Counted from the first letter of the stretch, positions 26,491-41,243 are shown. The stretch is DNA of 64,000 nt from Squalus acanthias (GCA_030390025.1 CM059431.1:156056001-156120000), one strand, 5' to 3'. Made by a program: numbers and translations. Notes: generated by a model from the sequence alone, not told the origin.

Positions 26491-29099
26491 GAGTACCCTG
26501 GGCTACACAGAGTGTCAGAGTACCGTGGACTACACAGAGAGATAGAGTACCCTGCGGTACACAGAGTGTCAGAGTACATTGGACTACAAAGAGTGTCAGT
26601 GTACCCTGGACTACACAGAGTGTCAGAGTACCTTGGACTACACAGAGTTTCAGAGTACCATGGACTACACAGAGTGTCGGTATGCCGTGGGCTAAACAGA
26701 GTGATAGTGTACACTGGGCTACACAGAGATTCAGAGTACCTTGGACTACGCAGAGTGTCACAGTATCTTGTACGACACAGCGTGTCAGAGTACCGTGAAC
26801 TACACAGAGTGTCAGAGTACCCTGGGAACACAGAGTGACAGAGGACCCAGGACTACACAGATTGTCAGAGTGCCTTGGAATACACAGAGTGTCAGAGTAC
26901 CCTGGACTACACAGAGTGTCAGAGTACCGTGGACTACACAGAGTGTCAGAGAACCTTGGACTACAAAGAGTGTCAGAGTACCGTGGGCTACACAGAGTGA
27001 TAGAGTACACTGGGCTACATAGAGTGTCAGAGTACCCTGGACTACACAGTGTGTCAGAGTACCCTCCCTTTGCTACACAGAGTGTCAGAGTACCGTGGAA
27101 TGCACAGAGTGTTAGAGTTCCCTGCACTACACAGAGTGTCAGAGTACCCTGGACTACACAGAGTGTCAGAGTACCCTGAACTACACAGAGTGTCAGAGCA
27201 CCCTGGAATACACAGGAGTTTCATCAAACCCTGGACTCCACAGAGTGTCTGAGTACCTTGGTCTACACAGAGTGTCAGAGTATCCTGGACTACACAGCGT
27301 GTCAGATTAACTTGTATTTCACAGAGTTTCAGAGTACCCTGGGTACACAGAGTGTCAGAGAACCGTGGGCTACACAGACTTTCAGAATACATTGGACTAC
27401 ACAGAGTGTCAGAGTACCGTGGACTACACAGAGCGTCAGAGTATCCAGGACCATACAGAGTGACAGAGTACACTGGGCTACACAGATTGTCAGAGTATCC
27501 TGGACTACACAGAGTTTCAGAGAACCGTAGACTACACAGAGTGTTAGTGTACCGTGGACTACACAGAGTGTCAGAGTACCTTGGAATACGCAGAGTTTCA
27601 GAGATCCGTGGGCTAGACAGAGTGTCAGAGTACCCTGGACTACACAGAATGTCAGAGTACCCTGGACTACACAGAAAGTTAGTGTACCCTGGACTACACG
27701 GAGTGTCAGAGTACCTTGGACTACACAGAGTGTCAGTGGACCGTAGACTAAACAGAGTGTCGGTGTACGTCGGAATACGCAGAGTGTCAGAGATCCGTGG
27801 GCTAGACAGAGTGTCAGAGTACCCTGGACTACACAGAGTGTCAGTGTACCGTGGACTACACAGAGTGTCAGAGTACGTCGGAATACGCAGATTGTCAGAG
27901 AACCGTGGGCTACACAGAGTGATAGAGTACACTGGGCTCCACAGATTCTCAGAGTTCCTTGGACTAAACAGAGTGTCAGAGTACCGTGTACTACACAGAG
28001 TGTCAGAGTACCGTGGGCTGCACAGAGTGACAGAGTACACTGGGCTACACAGAGTTTCAGAGTACCTTGGTCTACACGGAGTGTCAGAGTACCTTGGACT
28101 ACACAGAGTGTCAGAGTACCGTGGGCTACACAGAGTGAAAGAGTACACTGGGCTACACAGAGTGTAAGAGTACCTTGGTCTACACGGAGTGTCTGAGTAC
28201 CTTGGACTATACAGAGTGTCAGAGTATCCTGGACTGCACAGAGTGTCAGAGTACCTTGGGCTACACAGAATGACTGAGTAAACTGGGCTTCACAGAGTGT
28301 CTGTGTACCCTGGACTACACAGACTGTCAGAGTACCCTGGACTAAACAGAGTGTCAGAGTACCCTGGATTAAACAGAGTGTCAGAGTACCCTGGTTAAAC
28401 AGAGTGTCAGAGTACCGTGGACCAAATAGATTGTCAGAGTTCCCTGGACTACACAGATTGTCAGAGTACCCTGGACTACACAGACTGACAGAGTACCCTG
28501 GACTAAACAGAGTGTCAGAGTACCCTGGACCAAATAGATTGTCAGAGTACCCTGGACTACACAGATTGTCAGAGTAACCTGGACTATACAGAGTGTCAGA
28601 GTACCCTGGACTAAACAGAGTGTCAGAGTAACCTGGACTACACAGAGGGTCAGTGTACCCTGGACTACACGGAGTTTAAGAGTACCTTGGACTACACAGA
28701 GTGTCAGTGTACCGTGGACTACACAGAGTGTCAGAGTACCTTGGAATACGCAGAGAGTCAGAGATCCGTGGGCTAGACAGAGTGACAGAGTAAACTGGGC
28801 TACACAGAGTGTCAGAGTACCCTGGACTAAACAGAGTGTCAGAGTACCGTGGACTACACAGAGTGTTAGAGTACCCTGGGATACACAGAGTGTCAGAGTA
28901 CATTGGACTACAAAGAGAGTCAGTGTACCCTGGACTACACAGAGTGTCAGAGTACACTTTGCTTCACAGAGTGTCAGAGTACCGTGGAATACACAGAGTG
29001 TCAGAGTACCTTGGTCTACACGCAGTGTCAGAGTACCTTGGGCTACACAGAGTGTCAGAGTACCTTGGACTACACAGAGTTTCGGAGTACCGTGGGCTA

Positions 29100-29870
29100 C
29101 ACAGAGTGACAGAGTACATTCGGCTACAAAGAGTGTCAGAGTATCCTGGACTGCACAGAGTGTCAGAATACCCTGGACTACACAGAGTGTCAGAGTACCC
29201 TGGACTACACAGAGTGTCAGAGAACCCTGGACTACACAGAGTGTCAGAGTACCGTGGGCTACACAGATTGACAGAGTTCCTTGGACTACACAGATTATCA
29301 GAGTACCCTGGACTACACGGAGTGTCAGAGTTCCTTGGACTAAACAGAGTGTCAGAGTACCCTGGACTACACAGAGTGTCAGAGTACCGTGTACTACACA
29401 GAGTGTCAGAGTACCTTGGACAACACAGAATGTAAAAGTACCGTGGGCTACACAGAGTGACAGAGTACACTGGGCTACACAGAGTGTCAGAGTACATTGG
29501 GCTACAAAGAGTGTCAGAGTATCCTGGACTGCACAGAGTGTCAGAATACCCTGGACTACACAGAGTGTCAGAGTACCCTGGACTACACAGACTGTCAGAG
29601 AACCCTGGACTACACAGAGTGTCAGAGTACCGTGGGCTACACAGATTGACAGAGTTCCTTGGACTACACAGATTATCAGAGATCCCTGGACTACACGGAG
29701 TGTCAGAGTTCCTTGGACTAAACAGAGTGTCAGAGTACCCTGGACTACACAGAGTGTCAGAGTACCGTGTACTACACAGAGTGTCAGAGTACCTTGGACA
29801 ACACAGAATGTAAAAGTACCGTGGGCTACACAGAGTGACAGAGTACACTGGGCTACACAGAGTGTCAGAG
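29100..29870 (+). repeat. Tandem duplication, period 378 bp (14 monomers)
   Basis: The marker GGACAACACAGAATGTAAAAGTACC recurs 378 bp apart (ORF ends 29435 and 29813), with the same preceding variant order. Confidence 0.88.
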
Positions 29871-32800
29871 TACCTTGGACTACACAGAGTTTGAGAGTAC
29901 CCTGGACTTCACAGAGTGTCAGAGTACCGTGGGCTACACAGAGTGTCAGAGTACCTTGGACTACACAGAGTGTCAGAGTACCGTGGGCTACACAGAATGA
30001 CAGATTACCCTGGACCACACGCAGTGTCAGAGTATCTTGGACTACACAGAGTGTCAGAGTACCGTGGACTAAACAGAGTGTCAGAGTACCCTGGACTACA
30101 CAGAGTGTCAGAGATCCGTGGGCTACACAGAGTGTCAGAGTACCTTGGACTAAACAGAATGTTAGAGTACCTTGGACTACACATAGTGTCAGAGTACCGT
30201 GGGCTACACAGAGTGTCAGAGTACCCTGGACTACACAGAGTATCAAAGTACCGTGGGCTGAACTGAGTGTCAGAGTACCTGGGTCTACACAGAGTGTCAG
30301 AATACCGTGGGCTTCACAGAGAGACAGAGTACACTGGGCTAAACAGAGTGTCTGAGTACCCTGGACTAAACAGAGTGTCAGAGTAACCTGGACTATACAG
30401 AGTGTCAGAGTACCCTGGACTATACAGATTGTCAGAGTACCGTGGGCAACACAGAGTGTCAGAGTACCTTGGACTACGCAGAGTGTCAGAGAACCGTGGG
30501 CTACACAGACTGATAGAGTACACTGGGCTCCACAGATTCTCAGAGTTCCTTGGACTAAACAGAGTGTCAGAGTACCGTGTACTACACAGAGTTTCACAGT
30601 ACCTTGGCTACACAGAGTGTCAGAGTAACGTGGGCTACACAGAGTGACAGAGTACACTGGGCTACACAGAGTTAAGAGTACCTTGGACTACACGGTGTGT
30701 CAGAGTACCTTGGACGACACAGAGTGTCAGAGTACCGTGAGCTACACAGAGTGACAGAGTACACTGGGCTAACAGAGTGTCAGAGTACCTTGGTCTACAC
30801 GGAGTGTCAGATTACCTTAGACTGTACAGAGTGTCAGAGTAGCTTGGACTACACAGAGTGTCAGAGTACATTGGACTACAAAGAGTGTCAGTGTACCCTG
30901 GACTACACAGAGTGTCTGTGTACCCTGGACTACACAGAGTGACAGAGTGCCCTTGGCTACACAGAGTGTCGGAGTATACTGGGCTACACAGTGTGTCAGA
31001 GTACCCAGGACTACACAGAGTGTCAGAGTACCTTTGACTACACAGAGTGTTAGAGTACCCTGGGATACACAGAGTGTCAGAGTACATTGGACTACAAAGA
31101 GTGTCAGTGTACCCTGGACTACACAGAGTGTCAGAGTACCTTGGACTGCACAGAGTTTCAGAGTACCGTGGACTACACAGAGTGTCGGTACACCGTGGGC
31201 TAAACAGAGTGATAGAGTACACTGGGCTACACAGAGTGTCAGAGTATCTTGGACTACACAGCGAGTCAGAGTACCGTGGACTACACAGAGTGTCGGTACA
31301 CCGTGGGCTAAACAGAGTGATAGAGTACACTGGGCTACACAGAGTGTCAGAGTATCTTGGACTACACAGCGTGTCAGAGTACCGTGGACTACACAGAGTG
31401 TCAGAGTACCCTGGGAACACAGAGTGACAGAGCACCCTGGACTACACAGAGTTTCAGAGTACCGTGGACTATACAGAGTGTCAGAGTACCCTGGACTACA
31501 CAGAGTGTCAGAGTGCCTTGGACTACACAGAATGTCAGTGTACCGTGGACTAAAGAGAGTGTGAGAGTAACCTGGACTTCACAGAGTGTCAGAGTACCGT
31601 GGGCTACACAGAGTGTAAGAGTACCTTGGACTACACAGAGTGTCAGAGTACCGTGGGCTACACAGAATGACAGATTACCCTGGACCACACGCAGTGTCAG
31701 AGTACCTTGGACTACACAGAGTGTCAGAGTACCGTGTACTAAACAGAGTGTCAGAGTACCCTGTACTACACAGAGTGTCAGAGATCCGTGGGCTACACAG
31801 AGTGTCAGAGTACCTTGGACTAAACAGAGTGTTAGAGTACCTTGGACTACACATAGTGTCAGAGTACCGTGGGCTACACAAAGTGTCAGAGTACCCTGGA
31901 CGACATAGAGTGTCAGAGTACCTTGGACTACGCAGAGTGTCAGAGAACCGTGGGCTACACAGAGTTTTAGAGTACACTGGGCTCCACAGATTGTCAGAGT
32001 TCCTTGGACTAAACAGAGTGTCAGAGTACCGTGTACTACACAGAGTTTCAGAGTACCTTGGCTAAACAGAGTGTCAGAGTACCGTGGGCTACACAGAGTG
32101 ACAGAGAACACTGGGCTACACAGAGTTAAGAGTACCTTGGACTACACGGAGTGTCAGAGTACCTTGGACGACACAGAGTGTCAGAGTACCGTGAGCTACA
32201 CAGAGTGACAGAGTACACTGGGCTACACAGAGTGTCAGAGTACCTTGGTCTACAAGGAGTGTCAGAGTACCTTAGACTATACAGAGTGTCAGAGTAGCCT
32301 GGACTACACAGAGTGTCAGAGTACCTTGGGCAATACAGAATGACAGAGTAAACTGGGCTTCACAGAGTGTCTGTGTACCCTGGACTAAACAGAGTGACAG
32401 AGTGCCCTTGGCTACACAGAGTGTCAGAGTATACTGGGGTACACAGTGTGTCAGAGTACCCAGGACTCCACAGAGTGTCAGAGTACCGTGGACTACACAG
32501 ACTGTCAGAGTACCCTGGACTAAACAGAGTGTCAGAGTACCTTGGACTAAACAGAGTGTCAGAGTAACGTGTACTACACAGAGTGTCAGATTACATTGGA
32601 CTGCAAAGAGTGTCAGTGAACCCTGGACTACACAGAGTGTCAGAGTACCTTGGACTACACAGAGTTTCAGAGTACCGTGGACTACACAGAGTGTCGGTAT
32701 ACCGTGGGCTAAACAGAGTGATAGAGTACACTGGGCTACACAGAGTGTCAGAGTATCTTGGACTACACAGCGTGTCAGAGTACCGTGGACTACACAGAGT

Positions 32801-33649
32801 GTCAGAGTACCCTGGACTACACAGAGTGTCAGAGTACCGTGGACTACACAGAGTGTCAGAGAACCTTGGACTACACAGAGAGTCAGAGTACCGTGGGCTA
32901 CACAGAGTGATAGAGTACACTGTGCTACATAGAGTGTCAGAGTAACCTGGACTACACAGAGTGTCAGAGTACCGTGGACTACACAGAGTGTCGGAGTACC
33001 TTGGACTAAACAGAGTGTCGGAGTACCGTGGGCTACACAGAGTGTCAGCGTACCTTGGTCTACACGCAGTGTCAGAGTACCTTGGGCTACACAGAGTGTC
33101 AGAGTACCTTGGACTACACAGAGTGTCGGAGTACCGTGGGCTACACAGAGTGACAGAGTACATTGGGCTACACAGAGTGTCAGAGTATTCTGGACTGCAC
33201 AGAGTGTCAGAATACCCTGGACTACACAGAGTGTCAGAGTACCCTGGACTGCACAGAGTGTCAGTGAACCCTGGACTACACAGAGTGTCAGAGTACCTTG
33301 GACTAAACAGAGTGGCAGAGTACCGTGTGCTACACAGATTGACAGAGTTCCTTGGACGACACAGATTATCAGAGTACCCTGGACTACACGGAGTGTCAGA
33401 GTTCCTTGGACTAAACAGAGTGTCAGAGTACCCTGGACTACACAGAGTGACAGAGTGCACTGGGCTACACAGAGTGTCAGAGTACCTTGGACTACACAGA
33501 GTTTCAGAGTACCGTGGACTTCACAGAGTGTCAGCGTACCTTGGAGTACACAGAGTGTCAGAGTACCCTGGGCTACACAGAGTGTCAGAGTGCCTTGGAC
33601 TACACAGAATGTCAGTGTACCGTGGACTAAAGAGAGTGTGAGAGTACCC

Positions 33650-34410
33650 TGGACTTCACAGAGTGTCAGAGTACCGTGGGCTACACAGAGTGTCAGAGTA
33701 CCTTGGACTACACAGAGTGTCAGAGTACCGTGGGCTACACAGAATGACAGATTACCCTGGACCACACGCAGTGTCAGAGTACCGTGTACTAAAGAGAGTG
33801 TCAGTGTACCCTGGACTACACAGAGTGACAGAGAACACTGGGCTACACAGAGTTAAGAGTACCTTGGACTACACGGAGTGTCAGAGTACCTTGGACGACA
33901 CAGAGTGTCAGAGTACCGTGAGCTACACAGAGTGACAGAGTACACTGGGCTACACAGAGTGTCAGAGTACCTTGGTCTACAAGGAGTGTCAGAGTATCTT
34001 AGACTATACAGAGTGTCAGAGTAGCCTGGACTTCACAGAGTGTCAGAGTACCGTGGGCTACACAGAGTGTCAGAGTACCTTGGACTACACAGAGTGTCAG
34101 AGTACCGTGGGCTACACAGAATGACAGATTACCCTGGACCACACGCAGTGTCAGAGTACCGTGTACTAAAGAGAGTGTCAGTGTACCCTGGACTACACAG
34201 AGTGACAGAGAACACTGGGCTACACAGAGTTAAGAGTACCTTGGACTACACGGAGTGTCAGAGTACCTTGGACGACACAGAGTGTCAGAGTACCGTGAGC
34301 TACACAGAGTGACAGAGTACACTGGGCTACACAGAGTGTCAGAGTACCTTGGTCTACAAGGAGTGTCAGAGTATCTTAGACTATACAGAGTGTCAGAGTA
34401 GCCTGGACTA
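33650..34410 (+). repeat. Tandem duplication, period 377 bp (14 monomers minus 1 bp)
   Basis: Identical 90-aa translations at 33663 and 34040. GGTCTACAAGGAGTGTCAGAGTATCTTAGAC is present in both copies. Confidence 0.92.
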
Positions 34411-34553
34411 CACAGAGTGTCAGAGTACCTTGGGCAATACAGAATGACAGAGTAACCTGGGCTTCACAGAGTGTCTGTGTACCCTGGACTAAACAGAGTG
34501 GCAGAGTGCCCTTGGCTACACAGAGTGTCAGAGTATACTGGGCTACACAGTGT

Positions 34554-34565
34554 TCATGATGCGGA
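34554..34565. other. 12-bp non-monomer insertion TCATGATGCGGA
   Basis: Paralogous sites near 36575, 52765 and 56940 read GGCTACACAGTGT|GTCAGAGTACCCAGGACTCC. Here 12 extra bases sit at the bar (ORF 34471 reads HSVHDAESEY instead of HSVSEY). Confidence 0.93.
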
Positions 34566-37500
34566 GTCAGAGTACCCAGGACTCCACAGAGTGTCAGAGT
34601 ACCGTGGACTACACAGACTGTCAGAGTACCCGGGACTAAACAGAGTGTCAGAGTACCTTGGACTAAACAGAGTGTCAGAGTAACGTGTACTACACAGAGT
34701 GTCAGAGTACCTTGGACTGCACAGAGTGTAAAAGTACCGTGGGCTACACAGACTGACAGAGTACACTGGGCTACACAGAGTATCAGAGTACCTTGGACTA
34801 CACAGAGTGTCAGAGTAGATTGGACTCCGCAGAGTGGCAGAGAACCGTGGGCTACACAGAGTGACGGAGTGCACTGGGCTACACAGAGTGTCAGAGTACC
34901 CTGGGCTACACAGAATATCAGAGAACCGTAGACTACACAGAGTGTTAGAGTACCCTGGTCTACACAGAGTTTAAGAGAACCGTGGGCTACTCAGACTGTC
35001 AGAATACATTGGACTACACAGAGTGTCAGAGTACCGTGGACTAAACAGAGTGTCAGAGTACCCTGGACCAAATAGATTGTCAGAGTACCCTGGACTACAC
35101 AGATTGTCAGTGTAACCTGGAGTACACAGACTGTCAGAGTAACCTGGACTATACAGTGTCAGAGTACCCTGGACTAAACAGTGTGTCAGAGTACCCTGGA
35201 CTACACAGAGTGTCAGAGTACCCTGGACTACACAGAGGGTCAGTGTACCATGGACTACACGGAGTGTAAGAGTACCTTGGACTACACAGAGTGTCAGTGT
35301 ACCGTGGACTACACAGAGTGTCAGAGTACCTTGGAATACGCAGAGCGTCACAGATCCGTGGGCTAGACAGAGTGACAGAGTACACTGGGCTACACAGAAT
35401 GTCAGAGTACCCTGGACTACACAAAGTGTCAGAGTACACTGGGCTACTCAGATTGTCAGAGTACATTGGACTACAAAGAGTGTCAGTGTACCCTTGACTA
35501 CACAGAGTGTCAGAGTACCTTGGACTACACAGAGTTTCAGAGTACCGTGGACTACACAGATTGTCGGTATACCGTGGGCTAAACAGAGTGATAGAGTACA
35601 CTGGGCTACACAGAGATTCAGAGTACCTTGGACTCCGCAGAGTGTCAGAGTATCTTGGACTACACAGCGTGTCAGAGTACCGTGGACTACACAGAGTGTC
35701 AGAGTACGCTGGGAACACAGAGTGACAGAGGACCCTGGACTACACAGAGTGTCAGAGTACCGTGGACTACACAGAGTGTCAGAGAACCTTGAACTACACA
35801 GAGTGTCAGAGTACCGTGGGCTACACAGAGTGTCAGAGTACCTTGGTCTACACGCAGTGTCAGAGTACCTTGGGCTACACAGAGTGTCAGAGTACCTTGG
35901 TCTGCACACAGTGTCAGAGTACCTTGGACGACACAGAGTGTCAGAGTACCGTGAGCTACACAGAGTGACAGAGTACACTGGGCTACACAGAGTGTCAGAG
36001 TACCTTGGTCTACACGGAGTGTCAGAGTACCTTAGACTATACAGAGTGTCAGAGTAGCCTGGACTACACAGAGTGTCAGAGTACCTTGGGCTACACAGAG
36101 TTTTAGAGTACACTGGGCTCCACAGATTCTCAGAGTTCCTTGATCTAAACAGAGTGTCAGAGTACCGTGTACTACACAGAGTTTCAGAGTACCTTGGCTA
36201 CACAGAGTGTCAGAGTACCGTGGGCTACACAGAGTGACAGAGAACACCGGGCTACACAGAGCTAAGAGTACCTTGGACTACACGGAGTGTCAGAGTTCCT
36301 TGGACGACACAGAGTGTCAGAGTACCGTGAGCTACACAGAGTGACAGAGTACACTGGGCTACACAGAGTGTCAGAGTACCTTGGTCCACACGGAGCTTCA
36401 GAGTACCTCAGACTATACAGAGTGTCAGAGTAGCCTGGACTACACAGAGTGTCAGAGTACCTTGGGCAATACAGAATGACAGAGTAAACTAGGCTTCACA
36501 GAGTGTCTGTGTACCCTGGACTAAACAGAGTGACAGAGTGCCCTTGGCTACACAGAGTGTCAGAGTATACTGGGCTACACAGTGTGTCAGAGTACCCAGG
36601 ACTCCACAGAGTGTCAGAGTACCGTGGACAACACAGACTGTCAGAGTACCCGGGACTAAACAGAGTGTCAGAGTACCTTGGACTAAACAGAGTGTCAGAG
36701 TAACGTGTACTACACAGAGTGTCAGAGTACCTTGGACTACACAGAGTGTAAAAGTACCGTGGGCTACACAGACTGACAGAGTACACTGGGCTACACAGAG
36801 TATCAGAGTACCTTGGACTACACAGAGTTTCAGAGTACCGTGGACTGCACAGAGTTTCAGAGTATATTGGACTACGCAGAGTGGCAGGGAACCGTGGGCT
36901 ACACAGAGTGACAGAGTGCACTGGGCAACACAGAGTGTCAGAGTACCCTGGGCTACACAGAATATCAGAGAACCGTAGACTACACAGAGTGTTAGAGTAT
37001 CCTGGTCTACACAGAGTTTAAGAGAACCGTGGGCTACTCAGACTGTCAGAATACATTGGACTACACAGAGTGTCAGAGTACCGTGGACTAAACAGAGCGT
37101 CAGAGTATCCAGGAACATACAGAGTGACAGAGTACACTGGGGTGCACAGATTGTCAGAGTATCCAGGACTGCACAGAGTGTCAGAGAACCGTAGACTACA
37201 CAGAGTGTTAGAGTACCTGGTCTACACAGAGGGTCAGAGTACCTTGGACTACACAGAGTGTCAGAGTACCCTGGACTACACTGAGTGTCAGAGTGCCTTG
37301 GACTACACAGAGGGTCAGTGTACCGTGGACTAAAGAGAGTGTGAGAGTACCCTGGACTTCACAGAGTGTCAGAGTACCGTGGGCGACACAGAATGAAAGA
37401 TTACCCTGGACTACACGCAGTGTCAGAGTACCTTGGTCTACACAGAGTGTCAGAGTACCGTGGGCTAACCAGCGTGTCAGAGTACCCTGGACTACACAGA

Positions 37501-37683
37501 GTGTCAGAGATCCGTGGGCTACACAGAGTGTCAGAGTACCTTGGACTAAACAGAGTGTTAGAGTACCTTGGTCGACACAGAGTGTCAGAATACCGTGGGC
37601 TTCACAGAGAGACAGAGTACACTGGGCTAAACAGAGTGTCGGAGTACCCTGGACTACACAGAGTGTCAGAGTACCCTGGACTA

Positions 37684-40600
37684 TACAGACTGTCAGAGTA
37701 CCCTGGACTACACAGAGTATCAGAGTACCGTGGACAACACAGAGTGTCAGAGTGCCTTGGACTACGCAGAGTGTCAGAGAACCGTGGGCTACACAGGGTG
37801 ATAGAGTACACTGGGCTCCACAGATTCTCAGAGTTCCTTGGACTAAACAGAGTGTCAGAGTACCGTGTACTACACAGAGTGTCAGAGTACCTTGGCTACA
37901 CAGAGTGTCAGAGTACCGTGGGCTACACAGAGTGACAGAGTACACTGGGCTACACAGAGGTAAGAGTACCTTGGACTACACGGAGTGTCAGAGTACCTTG
38001 GACGACACAGAGTGTCAGAATACCGTGGGCTACACAGCGTGACAGAGTACAGTGGGCTACACAGAGTGTCAGAGTCCCTTGGTCTACACGGAGTGTCTGT
38101 GTACCTTGGACTATACAGAGTGTCAGAGTAGCCTGGACTACACAGAGTGTCAGAGCACCTTGGGCTACACAGAATGACAGAGTAAACTGGGCTTCACGGA
38201 GTGTCTGTGTACCATGGACTACACAGAGTGACAGAGTGCCCTTGGCTACACAGAGTGTCAGAGTATACTGGGCTACACAGTGTGTCAGAGTACCCAGTAC
38301 TACACAGTGTGTCAGAGTACCCTGGACTAAACAGAGTTTCTGAGTACCCTGGACTACACAGATTGTCAGAGTACCCTGGACTACACAGACTGTCAGAATA
38401 ACCTGCACTATACAGAGTGTCAGAGTACCCTGGACTAAACAGAGTGTCAGAGTACCCTGGACTACACAGAATGTCAGAGTACCCTGGACTACACAGAAAG
38501 TTAGTGTACCCTGGACTACACGGAGTGTCAGAGTACCTTGGACTACACAGAGTGTCAGAGAACCTTGGACTACACAGAGTGTCAGAGTACCGTGGGCTAC
38601 ACAGAGTGTCAGAGTACCTTGTTCTACACGCAGTGTCAGAGTACCTTGGGCGACACAGAGTGTCAGAGTACCTTGGTCTACACGCAGTGTCAGAGTACCT
38701 TGGACGACACAGAGTGTCAGAGTACCGTGAGCTACACAGAGTGTCAGAGTACCTTGGTCTACACGGAGTGTCAGAGTACCTTAGACTATACAGAGTGTCA
38801 GAGTAGCCTGGACTACACAGAGTGTCAGAGTACCTTGGGCTACACAGAGTTTTAGAGTACACTGGGCTCCACAGATTCTCAGAGTTCCTTGGACTAAACA
38901 GAGTGTCAGAGTACCGTGTACTACACAGAGTTTCAGAGTACCTTGGCTACACAGAGTGTCAGAGTACCGTGGGCTACACAGAGTGACAGAGAACACCGGG
39001 CTACACAGAGTTAAGAGTACATTGGACTACACGGAGTGTCAGAGTTCCTTGGACGACACAGAGTGTCAGAGTACCGTGAGCTACACAGAGTGACAGAGTA
39101 CACTGGGCTACACAGAGTGTCAGAGTACCTTGGTCTACACGGAGTGTCAGACTACCTTAGACTATACAGAGTGTCAGAGTAGCCTGGACTACACAGAGTG
39201 TCAGAGTACCTTGGGCAATACAGAATGACAGAGAACACCGGGCTACACAGAGTTAAGAGTACCTTGGACTACACGGAGTGTCAGAGTTCCTTGGACGACA
39301 CAGAGTGTCAGAGTACCGTGAGCTACACAGAGTGACAGAGTACACTGGGCTACACAGAGTGTCAGAGTACCTTGGTCTACACGGAGTGTCAGACTACCTT
39401 AGACTATACAGAGTGTCAGAGTAGCCTGGACTACACAGAGTGTCAGAGTACCTTGGGCAATACAGACTGTCAGAGTACCCTGGACTACACAGAGTATCAG
39501 AGTACCGTGGACAACACAGAGTGTCAGAGTACCTTGGACTACGCAGAGTGTCAGAGAACCGTGGGCTACACAGAGTGATAGAGTACACTGGGCTCCACAG
39601 ATTCTCAGAGTTCCTTGGACTAAACAGAGTGTCAGAGTACCGTGTACTACACAGAGTGTCAGAGTACCTTGGCTACACAGAGTGTCAGAGTACCGTGGGC
39701 TACACAGAGTGACAGAGTACACTGGGCTACACAGAGTTAAGAGTACCTTGGACTACACGGAGTGTCAGAGTACCTTGGACGACACAGAGAGTCAGAGTAC
39801 CGTGGGCTACACAGCGTGACAGAGTACACTGGGCTACACAGAGTGTCAGAGTCCCTTGGTCTACACGGAGTGTCTGTGTACCTTGGACTATACAGAGTGT
39901 CAGAGTAGCCTGGACTACACAGAGTGTCAGAGCACCTTGGGCTACACAGAATGACAGAGTAAACTGGGCTTCACGGCGTGTCTCTGTACCATGGACTACA
40001 CAGAGTGACAGAGTGCCCTTGGCTACACAGAGTGTCAGAGTATACTGGGCTACACAGTGTGTCAGAGTACCCAGTACTACACAGTGTGTCAGAGTACCCT
40101 GGACTAAACAGAGTTTCTGAGTACCCTGGACTACACAGATTGTCAGAGTACCCTGGACTACACAGACTGTCAGAATAACCTGGACTATACAGAGTGTCAG
40201 AGTACCCTGGACTAAACAGAGTGTCAGAGTACCCTGGACTACACAGAATGTCAGAGTACCCTGGACTACACAGAAAGTTAGTGTACCCTGGACTACACGG
40301 AGTGTCAGAGTACCTTGGACTACACAGAGTGTCAGAGAACCTTGGACTACACAGAGTGTCAGAGTACCGTGGGCTACACAGAGTGTCAGAGTACCTTGTT
40401 CTACACGCAGTGTCAGAGTACCTTGGGCGACACAGAGTGTCAGAGTACCTTGGTCTACACGCAGTGTCAGAGTACCTTGGACGACACAGAGTGTCAGAGT
40501 ACCGTGAGCTACACAGAGTGTCAGAGTAGCTTGGTCTACACGGAGTGTCAGAGTACCTTAGACTATACAGAGTGTCAGAGTAGCCTGGACTACACAGAGT

Positions 40601-41243
40601 GTCAGAGTACCTTGGGCTACACAGAGTTTTAGAGTACACTGGGCTCCACAGATTCTCAGAGTTCCTTGGACTAAACAGAGTGTCAGAGTACCGTGTACTA
40701 CACAGAGTTTCAGAGTACCTTGGCTACACAGAGTGTCAGAGTACCGTGGGCTACACAGAGTGACAGAGAACACCGGGCTACACAGAGTTAAGAGTACATT
40801 GGACTACACGGAGTGTCAGAGTTCCTTGGACGACACAGAGTGTCAGAGTACCGTGAGCTACACAGAGTGACAGAGTACACTGGGCTACACAGAGTGTCAG
40901 AGTACCTTGGTCTACACGGAGTGTCAGACTACCTTAGACTATACAGAGTGTCAGAGTAGCCTGGACTACACAGAGTGTCAGAGTACCTTGGGCAATACAG
41001 AATGACAGAGAACACCGGGCTACACAGAGTTAAGAGTACCTTGGACTACACGGAGTGTCAGAGTTCCTTGGACGACACAGAGTGTCAGAGTACCGTGAGC
41101 TACACAGAGTGACAGAGTACACTGGGCTACAAAGAGTGTCAGAGTACCTTGGTCTACACGGAGTGTCAGACTACCTTAGACTATACAGAGTGTCAGAGTA
41201 GCCTGGACTACACAGAGTGTCAGAGTACCTTGGGCAATACAGA
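37684..41243 (+). repeat. Higher-order repeat, 2 tandem copies of 1777 bp, each with a nested 242-bp tandem duplication
   Basis: ORF pairs 38194/39971 and 38781/40558. The marker GAACACCGGG sits at 38991, 39233, 40768 and 41010 (spacings 242 and 1777). Confidence 0.9.
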
